24,000 nt of DNA from Thaumasiovibrio subtropicus (GCF_019703835.1 NZ_AP023054.1:2021580-2045579), one strand, 5' to 3'; shown: positions 9,701-16,827, counted from the first letter of the stretch. Notes: generated by a model from the letters alone, not told the origin. Numbers and translations: made by a program.

Positions 9701-12310
9701 ACGCTCGCTGTACAAGTTGCTCGTAAAAGCGCGGTAGGATGGCGTAATAGCAAACTCATCAATCTGCTCTGGGGTACGTTTATCAAAGCCTTTATCTTTG
9801 TAATCGACGTCTTCACCCACAAACTCACTGGTTTTATCTAGGGCAATTTCCGCTTGGTCAGCACTGGCATCCGCATACTGTACCGACTCTTGCGTCATGT
9901 TAATGTATTCACGTACCGCCGTATTACCAAAACTGTGCCCCGCACCATCTTGACGTTCTTTGAACAAACCGAGGAGTGGGATCTGATTTTCTTCATTGAT
10001 TGCTAGGGCTTTGAAGTGCCATTTCGCCGCACTCCAAGCGAGATCATCAAACTGCGCACCACCCACCGGGGAACTTATGTTAGGGAAGTATGCTTTAAGG
10101 CCATCCGAATCTGAATCCAAAAAGTTGGACTCAAAGAACTCACCACCAATGTAACTTTCCGCAGTACAAAGACCAAACTTACCCATGGTCTTCATCAAGG
10201 ACTTTTCGACCGCTTTCTGGAAGTTATTTAGTCCTTTCTCAACCGTTTGGTTATTCGATAACGTTTGCGCCCGATGGTAAACAGAAAGTGGGCAAACCGC
10301 TGACGCACCAAAACCAAGTAAACAAGCAATGTCGTGGCTACTTGCCGCCTGCCCCGTGAGATAGACCAAGCTGGTATTAAAACGAAGGCCTTTCTGAATT
10401 AAGCGTTGGTTTAATGCGGCGACGGTCAAGATGGCAGGCAACGCCGCGTACTCTTGGCTAATTTGCTTATCACTGACTACCACGATCCCAACGCGACGAC
10501 GTGCAGCATCTTCAACCTGATCGCACAGGGCAGCAATTGCCTCTTCAACACGAACAGCATTGTCTTCACGGCTGTTAAGCGTCGGTTTAAACAAGGCATC
10601 GTAAGTTTCCACGCCGATCTGTGTTTGCGTGAATATCTGCTCTAACTGTTGTGGCTGCAAAATGGGTGATTGCAGTACTAACTGCACACTGTCCCGAGGA
10701 CTAAAGTTGGGTTTGGCCCCCAGAGCAACGCGTAAAGTCATACCATCTGACTCACGTAAGGAATCCAGTGGCGGGTTGGTGACCTGAGCAAATCGCTGAC
10801 TGAAGTATTTCGACATGCCGCCTTCTTCATCAGTCAGTACATTCGGCGCGAGGCCAAAACCCATTGCTGAGATTTTTTCAGCGGCATTCTCAATCATGGG
10901 GTCTAAAAAGAACTTAAAGCTCTCTTGGTTCAAAGAGTAAGCCACATGACGGCTATAGGTTGAGAACTGGGTGTTATCTTGAATCTTTTCGATACCAACA
11001 GGTTCGATATCATCAAGCGTAATGCGCGCAGAAGCCAACAAGCCTTTATAATCACGCGCCTTGGCTAGGGTTTCTAGGATTTCATTGGTTTCATAGCTGC
11101 GGCCTGTTGCGTGATCGAAGTAGATCATGCCCCCCGCCTGAATACGACCGTAGCGTGTCACCGACTCTGGTGGAAAATCTATCTGTCCGGATTCGCTCAT
11201 CACCGCGAGGTAGCGTTCTGTCTCTACACTGCGCAACGGACGCAGCCCCAAGCGGTCGAGACGCGCCCCCACTTTCTGACCATCAGAGAAGATCAATGCT
11301 GCCGGGCCATCATTTTTTTCTTCCGATAAGCTGAAGTACTCCAACATGGCACGCACATCATCAGACATCGATGGATCGTTTTCCCATGCAGGTGGCATCA
11401 TCGCCAACACAGCGGTGACAATGTCCATCTCATCTTCAACCACACGACGCGCTAAGGTCTGATCCAAACGGGCTGAATCAGATTGCCCCTTTGGAAAGAT
11501 CACCTTTTTGTGTTGCTGGCGCGCGATAGCATCTTCGCTTAAACGGTTTTTCTTATCCGTATTTAACTCACCATTGTGCGCCATACGACGAAATGGCTGC
11601 GCCATCATCGTGGCCGGTGCGGTATTAGTCGAAAAACGCGTATGGAAGAAAAGCGTGGTCACTTTATGTTCTGGGTGCGATAAGTCGGCAAAAAATGGCA
11701 CCACTTCACCCGAATTCAAACGCCCTTTATACACCTGTGTTTTGGAGCTCATTGAAAGGGGGTAAAACCCTTCTAAATCACCATCAGTAAACCCGGTTGA
11801 CTCCAATTCGGAGAGAGCAAGGTTAATGGCATTTTCAAACTGTACTGCATCTGCGTAGGCATCACCGCGAAGAAAGACAACCTGATGGATGGTCTGCTGC
11901 GCTTGTTGCGATGCTTCATTCACAGCATCGAGATTGACAGGCACTTCACGCCATTGGTCAATCTCGAATTTAAATGCGGCGAACGTGCTTTCAATAAGCT
12001 GCTTAGTTTTGTCCGTTTGACTCGCATCAAAAGGAAAGAAGAAGTTGGCTACCCCGAAGTCGCCCTTTTCAAGAGTGGGCTTGGCCGTTAAAAAGCGGTA
12101 GAAGTTGACCGAAAGATCGATATTGACGCCAGCACCATCGCCAATACCTTCGGCGTTCATGCCGCCACGGTGTGGAATAGTGCATAAAGCTTCATGAGAT
12201 AGTTGCAGTAGTTCGTGAGTTTGCTCACCGGTTTTATCCGTGATGAAACCCACTCCACAACTCGAGTGCTCATGCTCGCGATCATACAGCGAGCGATAAT
12301 TCTGATTCAT
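6791..12310 (-). CDS. gltB: Glutamate synthase large (alpha) subunit homolog, atypically long (about 1840 aa), with an internal insertion and a 210-aa C-terminal extension
   Basis: All four GltS-alpha domains are present. Ntn amidotransferase: SS-CGVGFITDK...PHRGG. A central domain follows. FMN domain: KIAQGAKPGEGGQLP, SPPPHHDTYSIEDL, GADVINVAGNTGGTGAA, and a Cys triad KCVMAKNCNVKCPAG. GXGXG domain: GSAGQSYGAF, NDGVGKGSSGG, GATGGQIFVQGEAGDRFAVRNSG. The likely start is the ATG at 12310 (MNQNYRSLYDREHEHSS|C) with AAGGAA 8 nt upstream. The track ORF extends to 12400. Confidence 0.9.
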   Translation of the reverse strand: MNQNYRSLYDREHEHSSCGVGFITDKTGEQTHELLQLSHEALCTIPHRGGMNAEGIGDGAGVNIDLSVNFYRFLTAKPTLEKGDFGVANFFFPFDASQTDKTKQLIESTFAAFKFEIDQWREVPVNLDAVNEASQQAQQTIHQVVFLRGDAYADAVQFENAINLALSELESTGFTDGDLEGFYPLSMSSKTQVYKGRLNSGEVVPFFADLSHPEHKVTTLFFHTRFSTNTAPATMMAQPFRRMAHNGELNTDKKNRLSEDAIARQQHKKVIFPKGQSDSARLDQTLARRVVEDEMDIVTAVLAMMPPAWENDPSMSDDVRAMLEYFSLSEEKNDGPAALIFSDGQKVGARLDRLGLRPLRSVETERYLAVMSESGQIDFPPESVTRYGRIQAGGMIYFDHATGRSYETNEILETLAKARDYKGLLASARITLDDIEPVGIEKIQDNTQFSTYSRHVAYSLNQESFKFFLDPMIENAAEKISAMGFGLAPNVLTDEEGGMSKYFSQRFAQVTNPPLDSLRESDGMTLRVALGAKPNFSPRDSVQLVLQSPILQPQQLEQIFTQTQIGVETYDALFKPTLNSREDNAVRVEEAIAALCDQVEDAARRRVGIVVVSDKQISQEYAALPAILTVAALNQRLIQKGLRFNTSLVYLTGQAASSHDIACLLGFGASAVCPLSVYHRAQTLSNNQTVEKGLNNFQKAVEKSLMKTMGKFGLCTAESYIGGEFFESNFLDSDSDGLKAYFPNISSPVGGAQFDDLAWSAAKWHFKALAINEENQIPLLGLFKERQDGAGHSFGNTAVREYINMTQESVQYADASADQAEIALDKTSEFVGEDVDYKDKGFDKRTPEQIDEFAITPSYRAFTSNLYSERETRPAALRDILLLPLDFSAANSVDDVVKLLDRFHREGNVNYLWQGITVEALGESRFALALTQREPQLLKAAIERVWQDHLTDIAIEFDKVVILANERLAVFLSKVRQAKTPLAINEVEPAHLITPTLASGAMSHGALNANAHIAVAQGTNIAGAMSNSGEGGEHSSRYNSIKSSKIKQFASGRFGVWVGYLADPQLQEIEIKIAQGAKPGEGGQLPAPKVTVEIAAARGGTPGVELVSPPPHHDTYSIEDLGQLIHDAKAARVKVIVKLVSSEGIGTIAVGVAKAGADVINVAGNTGGTGAAAVTSLKNTGRAAEIGIAEVHQALSENGLRDKVVLRCSNAHQTGMDVIKSAIMGGDSFEFGTTALMMLKCVMAKNCNVKCPAGLTTNPELYQGDPRALAQYFLNVAHEVREILAALGYCSLREIRGRTELLHLANHHSIVGRLDVTGLLRPVDLVKVAKPVYLEADFTPDQHFIDALFESYFTAEVAQIELESVKLNNRNKSTGGQLSIDVERFLNYGNGYATQGRKGEAGDVCVNAQSHPSIFTSANGRRFLAPESVKVRTHGSAGQSYGAFNNSGIIMEHTGVCNDGVGKGSSGGHIVVRSPGGGALETGKNVLIGNFALFGATGGQIFVQGEAGDRFAVRNSGAVAVVEGVGDFCCEYMTNGSVINLGDYGKGFGNGMSGGVAYQYDVDGSFAARCSEDSVTALPLIEHNEGYEQALKWHLEEHVRFTQSPTAKALLDDWATSRTLFTLVFPLALTQSQHPDSILKTHSRKKMLEELIAGEANRLIESVHLAYESGEALSDGLSPQYGDMDTVLIFDLLTQSGVLHRAHQLVSSQSECEVQQSRLVKRLFELRDKKLLDTLLKDVKEAVSNYRDEELSVLLAHKRVVDYKTSLARRDVTDTHSRGTSVWIIAREQEIQKQLQQIEPLAQRMATLYCHTFADVIREEIEQEKAQAASQQTAKAQSA

Positions 12311-12434
12311 TGGATCGTTTCCTTGATTGCTTGCAGCGCAAGGGCTACAGGTCCCTTTGGCATGTATCACTACAGTGCCGAAGCCTTTCGCTTTGCTCAC
12401 ACAACAAAGATCTTCCTGACCTTGTTACGCAAAT

Positions 12435-12455
12435 ATGAATGATAACAATTATCAT
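12435..12455. promoter_or_regulatory. Fur-box-like palindrome upstream of the gltB-like/cysJ-like operon
   Basis: ATGATAA-CAA-TTATCAT is a perfect 7-3-7 inverted repeat at 12439-12455. By hand alignment, 12435-12453 matches the 19-bp consensus GATAATGATAATCATTATC at 14/19. It lies about 125-145 bp upstream of the 12310 start. On the minus strand it overlaps a possible -10 (TTGCTT-16 nt-ATAATT). Confidence 0.5.
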
Positions 12456-12640
12456 GAGCAATAAAGATAAGCAAGTTTTCTGTGATTTAGATCGTCTTTT
12501 GTTTACAAGTTGATCACAAAACAACCAAGAATAAAAAGTCGATAAAAGGGAATAATTAGTAGGAAAGTGGGAGGTACATCAAAGGGGGCCAATCGTGGTG
12601 TCATAGCGAATAGCAGTGCAATACAATGCAACCCTTCAAG

Positions 12641-12693
12641 AAGGCAAACAAAAACACTTCAACAACATTGCATCAAAGCATGTTGTTGAAGTG
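12641..12693 (-). terminator. Orphan terminator-like hairpin in the intergenic region (minus-strand orientation)
   Basis: Perfect 14-bp stem CACTTCAACAACAT (12655-12668) / ATGTTGTTGAAGTG (12680-12693) with an 11-nt loop. On the minus strand it is followed by TTTTGTTTGCCTT. No annotated minus-strand gene ends here. Confidence 0.45.
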
Positions 12694-12902
12694 TCGACAG
12701 TTTGTTACCTGTTTGTCTCTCGCGTGGCAATGCATAAATGGGCATAATGCTAACGTAAATACCAAAAACATCCACAATACACACCTCGCATCACACATTA
12801 AGCAAATAAACATAATTCAAGTCAGTCATGCCGATAATCTATACTTATGCAATCAGACTACCTCAAGATGTAGATCAGTTAGAATAGGTTGGTAACCCTT
12901 CA

Positions 12903-13739
12903 ATGAGCACGCTTTTAGACATCTGTGAAACATTGTTTTTACCTAATGACTGCGACATCAAGCCAACAACGCCAAGTTTGGAGAAAACAGGCCTGCAAAG
13001 TCATGCCGTAGCGCACGTCTCTTTATCTCCACTGTCTAAAAATGCGCAATTTTCTGCCCTCCTCTCGGAGTTGAACACCTTGGGTTTTGACCAATGCCTG
13101 TTTACTGCCGTGCCCACTTACGCGACGAAAGTAAAAGCAAAACCACATTTTTACACAAACTTCGATGCCGATTGGATGGCCTACTACATTGATAAGCACT
13201 ATCACCTTAACGACAAAGCCCTGCAACACTGCCTAGCCCAGCCTGACACCCCGTTAATATGGCCTTCCAACAAAATGCTCAATGGCTATAACGCGAAAGA
13301 GAGAATTGTACGCTTGGAAGCTGAAAGCGCCGGCCTTGCTGTCGGGACAACCATTCCCTGTCAACTTCCCGGTGGGCTCGTCAGCACGTTCAGCCTTAGC
13401 TTTGATGGGACAGCCGAGCAATTCAAGGCTCAGTTTCATCAACATGAAAACATGCTAAAAACCATCGCACATGCCACCAGTCACGCCTTACTCGATGCAA
13501 ATCCACGCCTTTTTACCCAGCCATTTAGCACCATTCTCTCTCCTCGAGAGAAAGATACATTGCTGTGGTTAAGCGAAGGATTTACCTATCAGCAAATCGC
13601 GCAAAAGCTCGGCGTTGGCGAAAGCACCGTGCGCAAACATGTTAGTCAGATTCTGCGTAAATTGAATGCGCGTAACACCGCCCAAGCGTGTGCGATGGCC
13701 ATCCGCTGGCAACTCATCGATACCGGACTGATACGGTAG
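12903..13739 (+). CDS. LuxR-family transcriptional regulator: N-terminal autoinducer-binding-like domain plus C-terminal LuxR/FixJ HTH ('solo', no luxI in window)
   Basis: C-terminus LSPREKDTLLWLSEGFTYQQIAQKLGVGESTVRKHVSQILRKLNARNTAQ is a canonical LuxR-type HTH. The N-terminal region DADWMAYYIDKHYHLNDKALQHC...PLIW has the W/Y/D/W spacing of TraR/LuxR ligand-pocket residues (W57, Y61, D70, W85 equivalents). The RBS is weak, so the start is uncertain. Confidence 0.85.
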   Translation: MSTLLDICETLFLPNDCDIKPTTPSLEKTGLQSHAVAHVSLSPLSKNAQFSALLSELNTLGFDQCLFTAVPTYATKVKAKPHFYTNFDADWMAYYIDKHYHLNDKALQHCLAQPDTPLIWPSNKMLNGYNAKERIVRLEAESAGLAVGTTIPCQLPGGLVSTFSLSFDGTAEQFKAQFHQHENMLKTIAHATSHALLDANPRLFTQPFSTILSPREKDTLLWLSEGFTYQQIAQKLGVGESTVRKHVSQILRKLNARNTAQACAMAIRWQLIDTGLIR

Positions 13740-13777
13740 TCCTAACTGAATCCTGCCTCTTGAGGTGACTTGAGACT

Positions 13778-13795
13778 ATGGGTTATTTAACCCAT
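13778..13795. promoter_or_regulatory. 18-bp palindrome, candidate lux-box-like operator
   Basis: ATGGGTTA-TT-TAACCCAT (8+8 perfect arms). It lies between the luxR-family stop (13739) and the lipoprotein start (13880), and is flanked by CTTGAGG (13759-13765) / CCTCAAG (13802-13808). Confidence 0.35.
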
Positions 13796-13879
13796 GTTGC
13801 TCCTCAAGCTATTTACCTACATTGAACACGGATTGCGGCCCTTTGGTCGCCTGATGGATTTCGTTCAATGGAGCAAGGT

Positions 13880-14683
13880 ATGAAAAACATGATTTGGGCA
13901 CTAAGCAGTGCTTTGATTTTACTTTCAGGCTGTAATAGTGGCGGCTCGGATAGCAGTCCGACTTCCAGCCCAGACTTATCGGGTTACGACCTTACTAGGC
14001 CACATTCCTATACGGGTTACTACGTCGGCTGTGGGGATTATAAAGCGACAGGGACAATCACCTTCACGCCATCCGGTGCGCAAGTCATTGGATCAAATTG
14101 GCATCATGATTGTCGCCTTTCGCCAATCAATCAAATTCTTACCCATGAAATTCCAAACTTAAGTGCCGTTAGCCAAGCGGAGTTCAGCCAGTTCCTTCGA
14201 TCTGGTGACTATAGCAGTAACAATTTTACGTTTTCCTTCGAAGCGTTTGACAGCGCGGGGATACGCGTAAAAATTGATGACGCGGCTGACGGCAGTATTG
14301 AGTACTTCATCATGACACCTTCAGCCCCGGCCAATGCAGCGAGCGTCAATTTGATTGGTGACTGGCAATTCAGTGGCTATAAAGATTCCTGCCTTGGTCA
14401 ACCTATTAGTGGCACCCTGTCCTTTACTACCTCAATGGTAACCATGAATACCACAGAATATGCAGACAATAGCCCATGCGACATTGAAGGCCCCTTCCTC
14501 TACACCACTCAACATGGCCTGCCAAAAGTGCAAGGCGTGACCTTGGCTGAGTTTCGTGTGCTGTTAGATCAAATGAGTACTAACGCGGTGAGCACGCAAG
14601 TGATAGCGTTTAATCAAAATGAAATCACGTATTCGGTGAGCTATGCCGATGATAAACAAACTATCAGTTTAAAACGCCAGTAA
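13880..14683 (+). CDS. Lipoprotein of unknown function with two tandem lipocalin-like repeats of about 110 aa
   Basis: Lipobox MKNMIWALSSALILLSG|C. GGAG lies 6 nt before the ATG at 13880 (track start 13868). Internal duplication: ...GYYVGCGDYKATGTITFTPSG...C...AEFSQFL versus ...SGYKDSCLGQPISGTLSFTTSM...C...AEFRVLL. Confidence 0.7.
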   Translation: MKNMIWALSSALILLSGCNSGGSDSSPTSSPDLSGYDLTRPHSYTGYYVGCGDYKATGTITFTPSGAQVIGSNWHHDCRLSPINQILTHEIPNLSAVSQAEFSQFLRSGDYSSNNFTFSFEAFDSAGIRVKIDDAADGSIEYFIMTPSAPANAASVNLIGDWQFSGYKDSCLGQPISGTLSFTTSMVTMNTTEYADNSPCDIEGPFLYTTQHGLPKVQGVTLAEFRVLLDQMSTNAVSTQVIAFNQNEITYSVSYADDKQTISLKRQ

Positions 14684-14695
14684 CAGAAGGTGCAA

Positions 14696-14719
14696 AGGCG
14701 CGCTTCAAACTGCGCGCCT
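14696..14719. terminator. GC-rich hairpin between convergent genes (possible bidirectional terminator)
   Basis: AGGCGCGC (14696-14703) / GCGCGCCT (14712-14719) with loop TTCAAACT. There is no clear U-tract on either strand. Confidence 0.4.
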
Positions 14720-14801
14720 GATACCGTTAAGCTACCCGAAGGAGAAGAATAGTGAAAGGGTTCACCATCTCTAAGCAAAAGCTTGGTGTTCACATGTCAG
14801 C

Positions 14802-15569
14802 TTAGCGAGTGGGAGACGTATATCCTGTGGTCGTCGCGATAACAGTAAAACCCCGATTAGAGACAATTGGCTTACTCATATCAGAAGCATCAATGGTGAG
14901 ATACTTGAGCCCACGAGTCTTAGCGTCAGCGATACGCTTATTTAATAACAAGCTATAGTACCCCTTACCTCGGTGAGACTGAATCGTGCTGCCGCCCCAA
15001 ATCCCCGCAAATGGGCTATCTCCATTAAACGTTATCCAAGCTGACGTGACAGGCTGCCCATTGTCATAAATCACATAAATAGAAATCGAATCGGGTGAGG
15101 CTTTTTTAAGCGCTAGCAGGTATCGATATTGCCACTCAAGATCGCCTCCCCAGACCTGCTCCTGAACGTCAATGGCATCGCGTATCCCCTGACTATCAGA
15201 CACTTCGGTTATCAATGATTCCTCAACCGCAATGTTATCCGTCATTGCCAGATCGAGAACCATGAAGGATTCAGTCTCTTCTTGCGTAAAGCCATTTTCC
15301 AGCAAGCAATCTGGGAGATTCTTAGGCTCATCGCTGCTATAAGTTTTCCACTCAAAACTGACGTTGCGGCGGTTAAAGTAGTCTAGCTGCTGCTTAACAA
15401 TGGTCGAAGCCTGATTTTCATTAAAACGATAATAGGAAATATAACTTCCATAACGATCTTCGCTGACAAATTTTGATAGGTCTTTATCGGACGTCAACAC
15501 CCCATTGAATGCGTTAATACGCTGCCGTTCATGCCCATTGTACTCACGCATGATTTCGATCTTGTTCAT
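14802..15569 (-). CDS. GNAT-family N-acetyltransferase
   Basis: The C-terminal half has an acetyl-CoA-binding-type motif QSHRGKGYYSLLLNKRIADAKTRGLKYLTIDAS...GF. GGAG RBS. The start lies 34 bp downstream of the channel gene stop, same strand. Confidence 0.8.
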   Translation of the reverse strand: MNKIEIMREYNGHERQRINAFNGVLTSDKDLSKFVSEDRYGSYISYYRFNENQASTIVKQQLDYFNRRNVSFEWKTYSSDEPKNLPDCLLENGFTQEETESFMVLDLAMTDNIAVEESLITEVSDSQGIRDAIDVQEQVWGGDLEWQYRYLLALKKASPDSISIYVIYDNGQPVTSAWITFNGDSPFAGIWGGSTIQSHRGKGYYSLLLNKRIADAKTRGLKYLTIDASDMSKPIVSNRGFTVIATTTGYTSPTR

Positions 15570-15602
15570 TTATTCTCTCCAATAGTACTGCTTGACTGGT
15601 AT

Positions 15603-16436
15603 CTAATCAGATACGTGACTGACGCTGTCGTCTGGCGCCCTGTTTTGCTGCTCGAGTAACGCGAGCATCTTCGCCATTTTTTCATCTTGGTCTGATAAAC
15701 GCTGGTTGAGCTCAGCGACTTGCCCTTCCAGTTTGCGGTTGTTGTCGATTGCCATCTCATCAACGAACACCGCTGTCGCGATCGATAGACCAAGAAAACC
15801 ACCGACAAACAAAACAAACATAAAGAACAGGCGTATTAACCACGCATATTGCATTCCATCCGCAATGGCTTCATCCGGAATCTCATTCCAGTTCTCGATA
15901 AAGAAGACACTGAAAATGGTATAGAGTGATTGGATCGGATCACCAAAGTTCTCAGGAAGCAGGTGGGCAAAAAAGGCATTTCCAAACAGGGCGAATATCA
16001 GCATCATCATGAACAACATAACAAAAATTGCCGTTGTTGCTTTTAGCGCCAGCGCGATGTTGGTATACACGGTTTCAGCATGCGGTACAAACTTAAGCAA
16101 CCTCATCACCTTCAATAGACGAGTCACACGGAGAAAACCAATGTTAATCACAAAGAAGTACGGTAAGGCCACAGCGAGAAAACCAATCACCACAATCGCA
16201 AAATCAAAGACATTACTCTTTTGAGAAAAGTACGTCCTCGCGCCTTTCAACTGCATTCGAACAATGACTTCCGCCATAAAGTAACAAGACAATGCCCACA
16301 CCGCACCGTCAATCAGTAATCCAAATCGACCATGCACCTGTGGAAATGCATCAATAAAAATAAGTGCAACATAAACAAGAATTCCAATCCCTGCCAACTT
16401 CTCGTTAGCCAACCACTCTAATTTCTTCAATACCAT
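15603..16436 (-). CDS. Bacterial voltage-gated cation channel of the BacNaV (NaChBac-like) family
   Basis: 277 aa with six hydrophobic segments. S4 has positive charges at every third residue (LRVTRLLKVMRLLKF). Pore loop LYTIFSVFFIENWNEIPD aligns to the TLESW filter region. C-terminal coiled-coil-like tail EGQVAELNQRLSDQDEKMAKMLALLEQQ. Confidence 0.8.
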   Translation of the reverse strand: MVLKKLEWLANEKLAGIGILVYVALIFIDAFPQVHGRFGLLIDGAVWALSCYFMAEVIVRMQLKGARTYFSQKSNVFDFAIVVIGFLAVALPYFFVINIGFLRVTRLLKVMRLLKFVPHAETVYTNIALALKATTAIFVMLFMMMLIFALFGNAFFAHLLPENFGDPIQSLYTIFSVFFIENWNEIPDEAIADGMQYAWLIRLFFMFVLFVGGFLGLSIATAVFVDEMAIDNNRKLEGQVAELNQRLSDQDEKMAKMLALLEQQNRAPDDSVSHVSD

Positions 16437-16827
16437 TTTTTGACCTTAACCTGTTGCCTGTCGCGATTCAGATCCCAGTGTGTTTTTTATCGACGATATG
16501 TTTAGAATGCGATTCCCAGCTAGACAGTTATACCTGAGACATTTCCGTGGATAAAGTTGATTAGACAGCCCACCCAATCGTATCAACCTAAAACCACAGC
16601 CATTGTTAACATAATGATGTTTAAGGTTAAAATTAACGAAATCGGCATTCGGGTCACAAATACCTCAATGATAGAAAGCCGTTCTGCCGCTCTTCTAGAC
16701 GTATCCCACAAAATCAAACCACGTTTTGATTTGAACCATCTCACAGAGTTTTCAGAAACCCGCGTAACCGCTTGAGTTACATCAGGGGATTTTCCATTCT
16801 AGAACTTCACTGAATTCGGAGAATCTC

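Noticed and set aside
12311-12400. 30-codon N-terminal extension of the gltB-like ORF (MSKAKGFGTVVIH...)
   Set aside because: The ATG at 12310 has a good AAGGAA RBS and leaves a short propeptide before the catalytic Cys. The extension has no RBS that I could see.
6791-12442. About a dozen 60-110 aa plus-strand and alternate-frame ORFs overlapping the gltB-like and cysJ-like genes (e.g. 7870-8115, 8732-9058, 11107-11334, 12215-12442)
   Set aside because: All lie within long, motif-rich CDSs on the other strand or frame. Their translations are low-complexity (R/S/P-rich), typical of antisense frames.
12626-12895. 89-aa plus-strand ORF in the gltB-luxR intergenic region
   Set aside because: The translation is AT-rich and low-complexity (N/K/H/T-rich). 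It reads straight through the 14-bp hairpin and has no RBS. It is most likely non-coding regulatory DNA.
15566-15817. 83-aa minus-strand ORF overlapping the 3' end of the channel gene
   Set aside because: It is an alternate frame of the channel CDS, and the channel frame carries the recognisable coiled-coil tail.
16557-16775. 72-aa plus-strand ORF in the intergenic region upstream of the nuclease-like gene
   Set aside because: It has a non-ATG start, no clear RBS and no recognisable motif. A small protein cannot be excluded, but it is not supportable from sequence alone.
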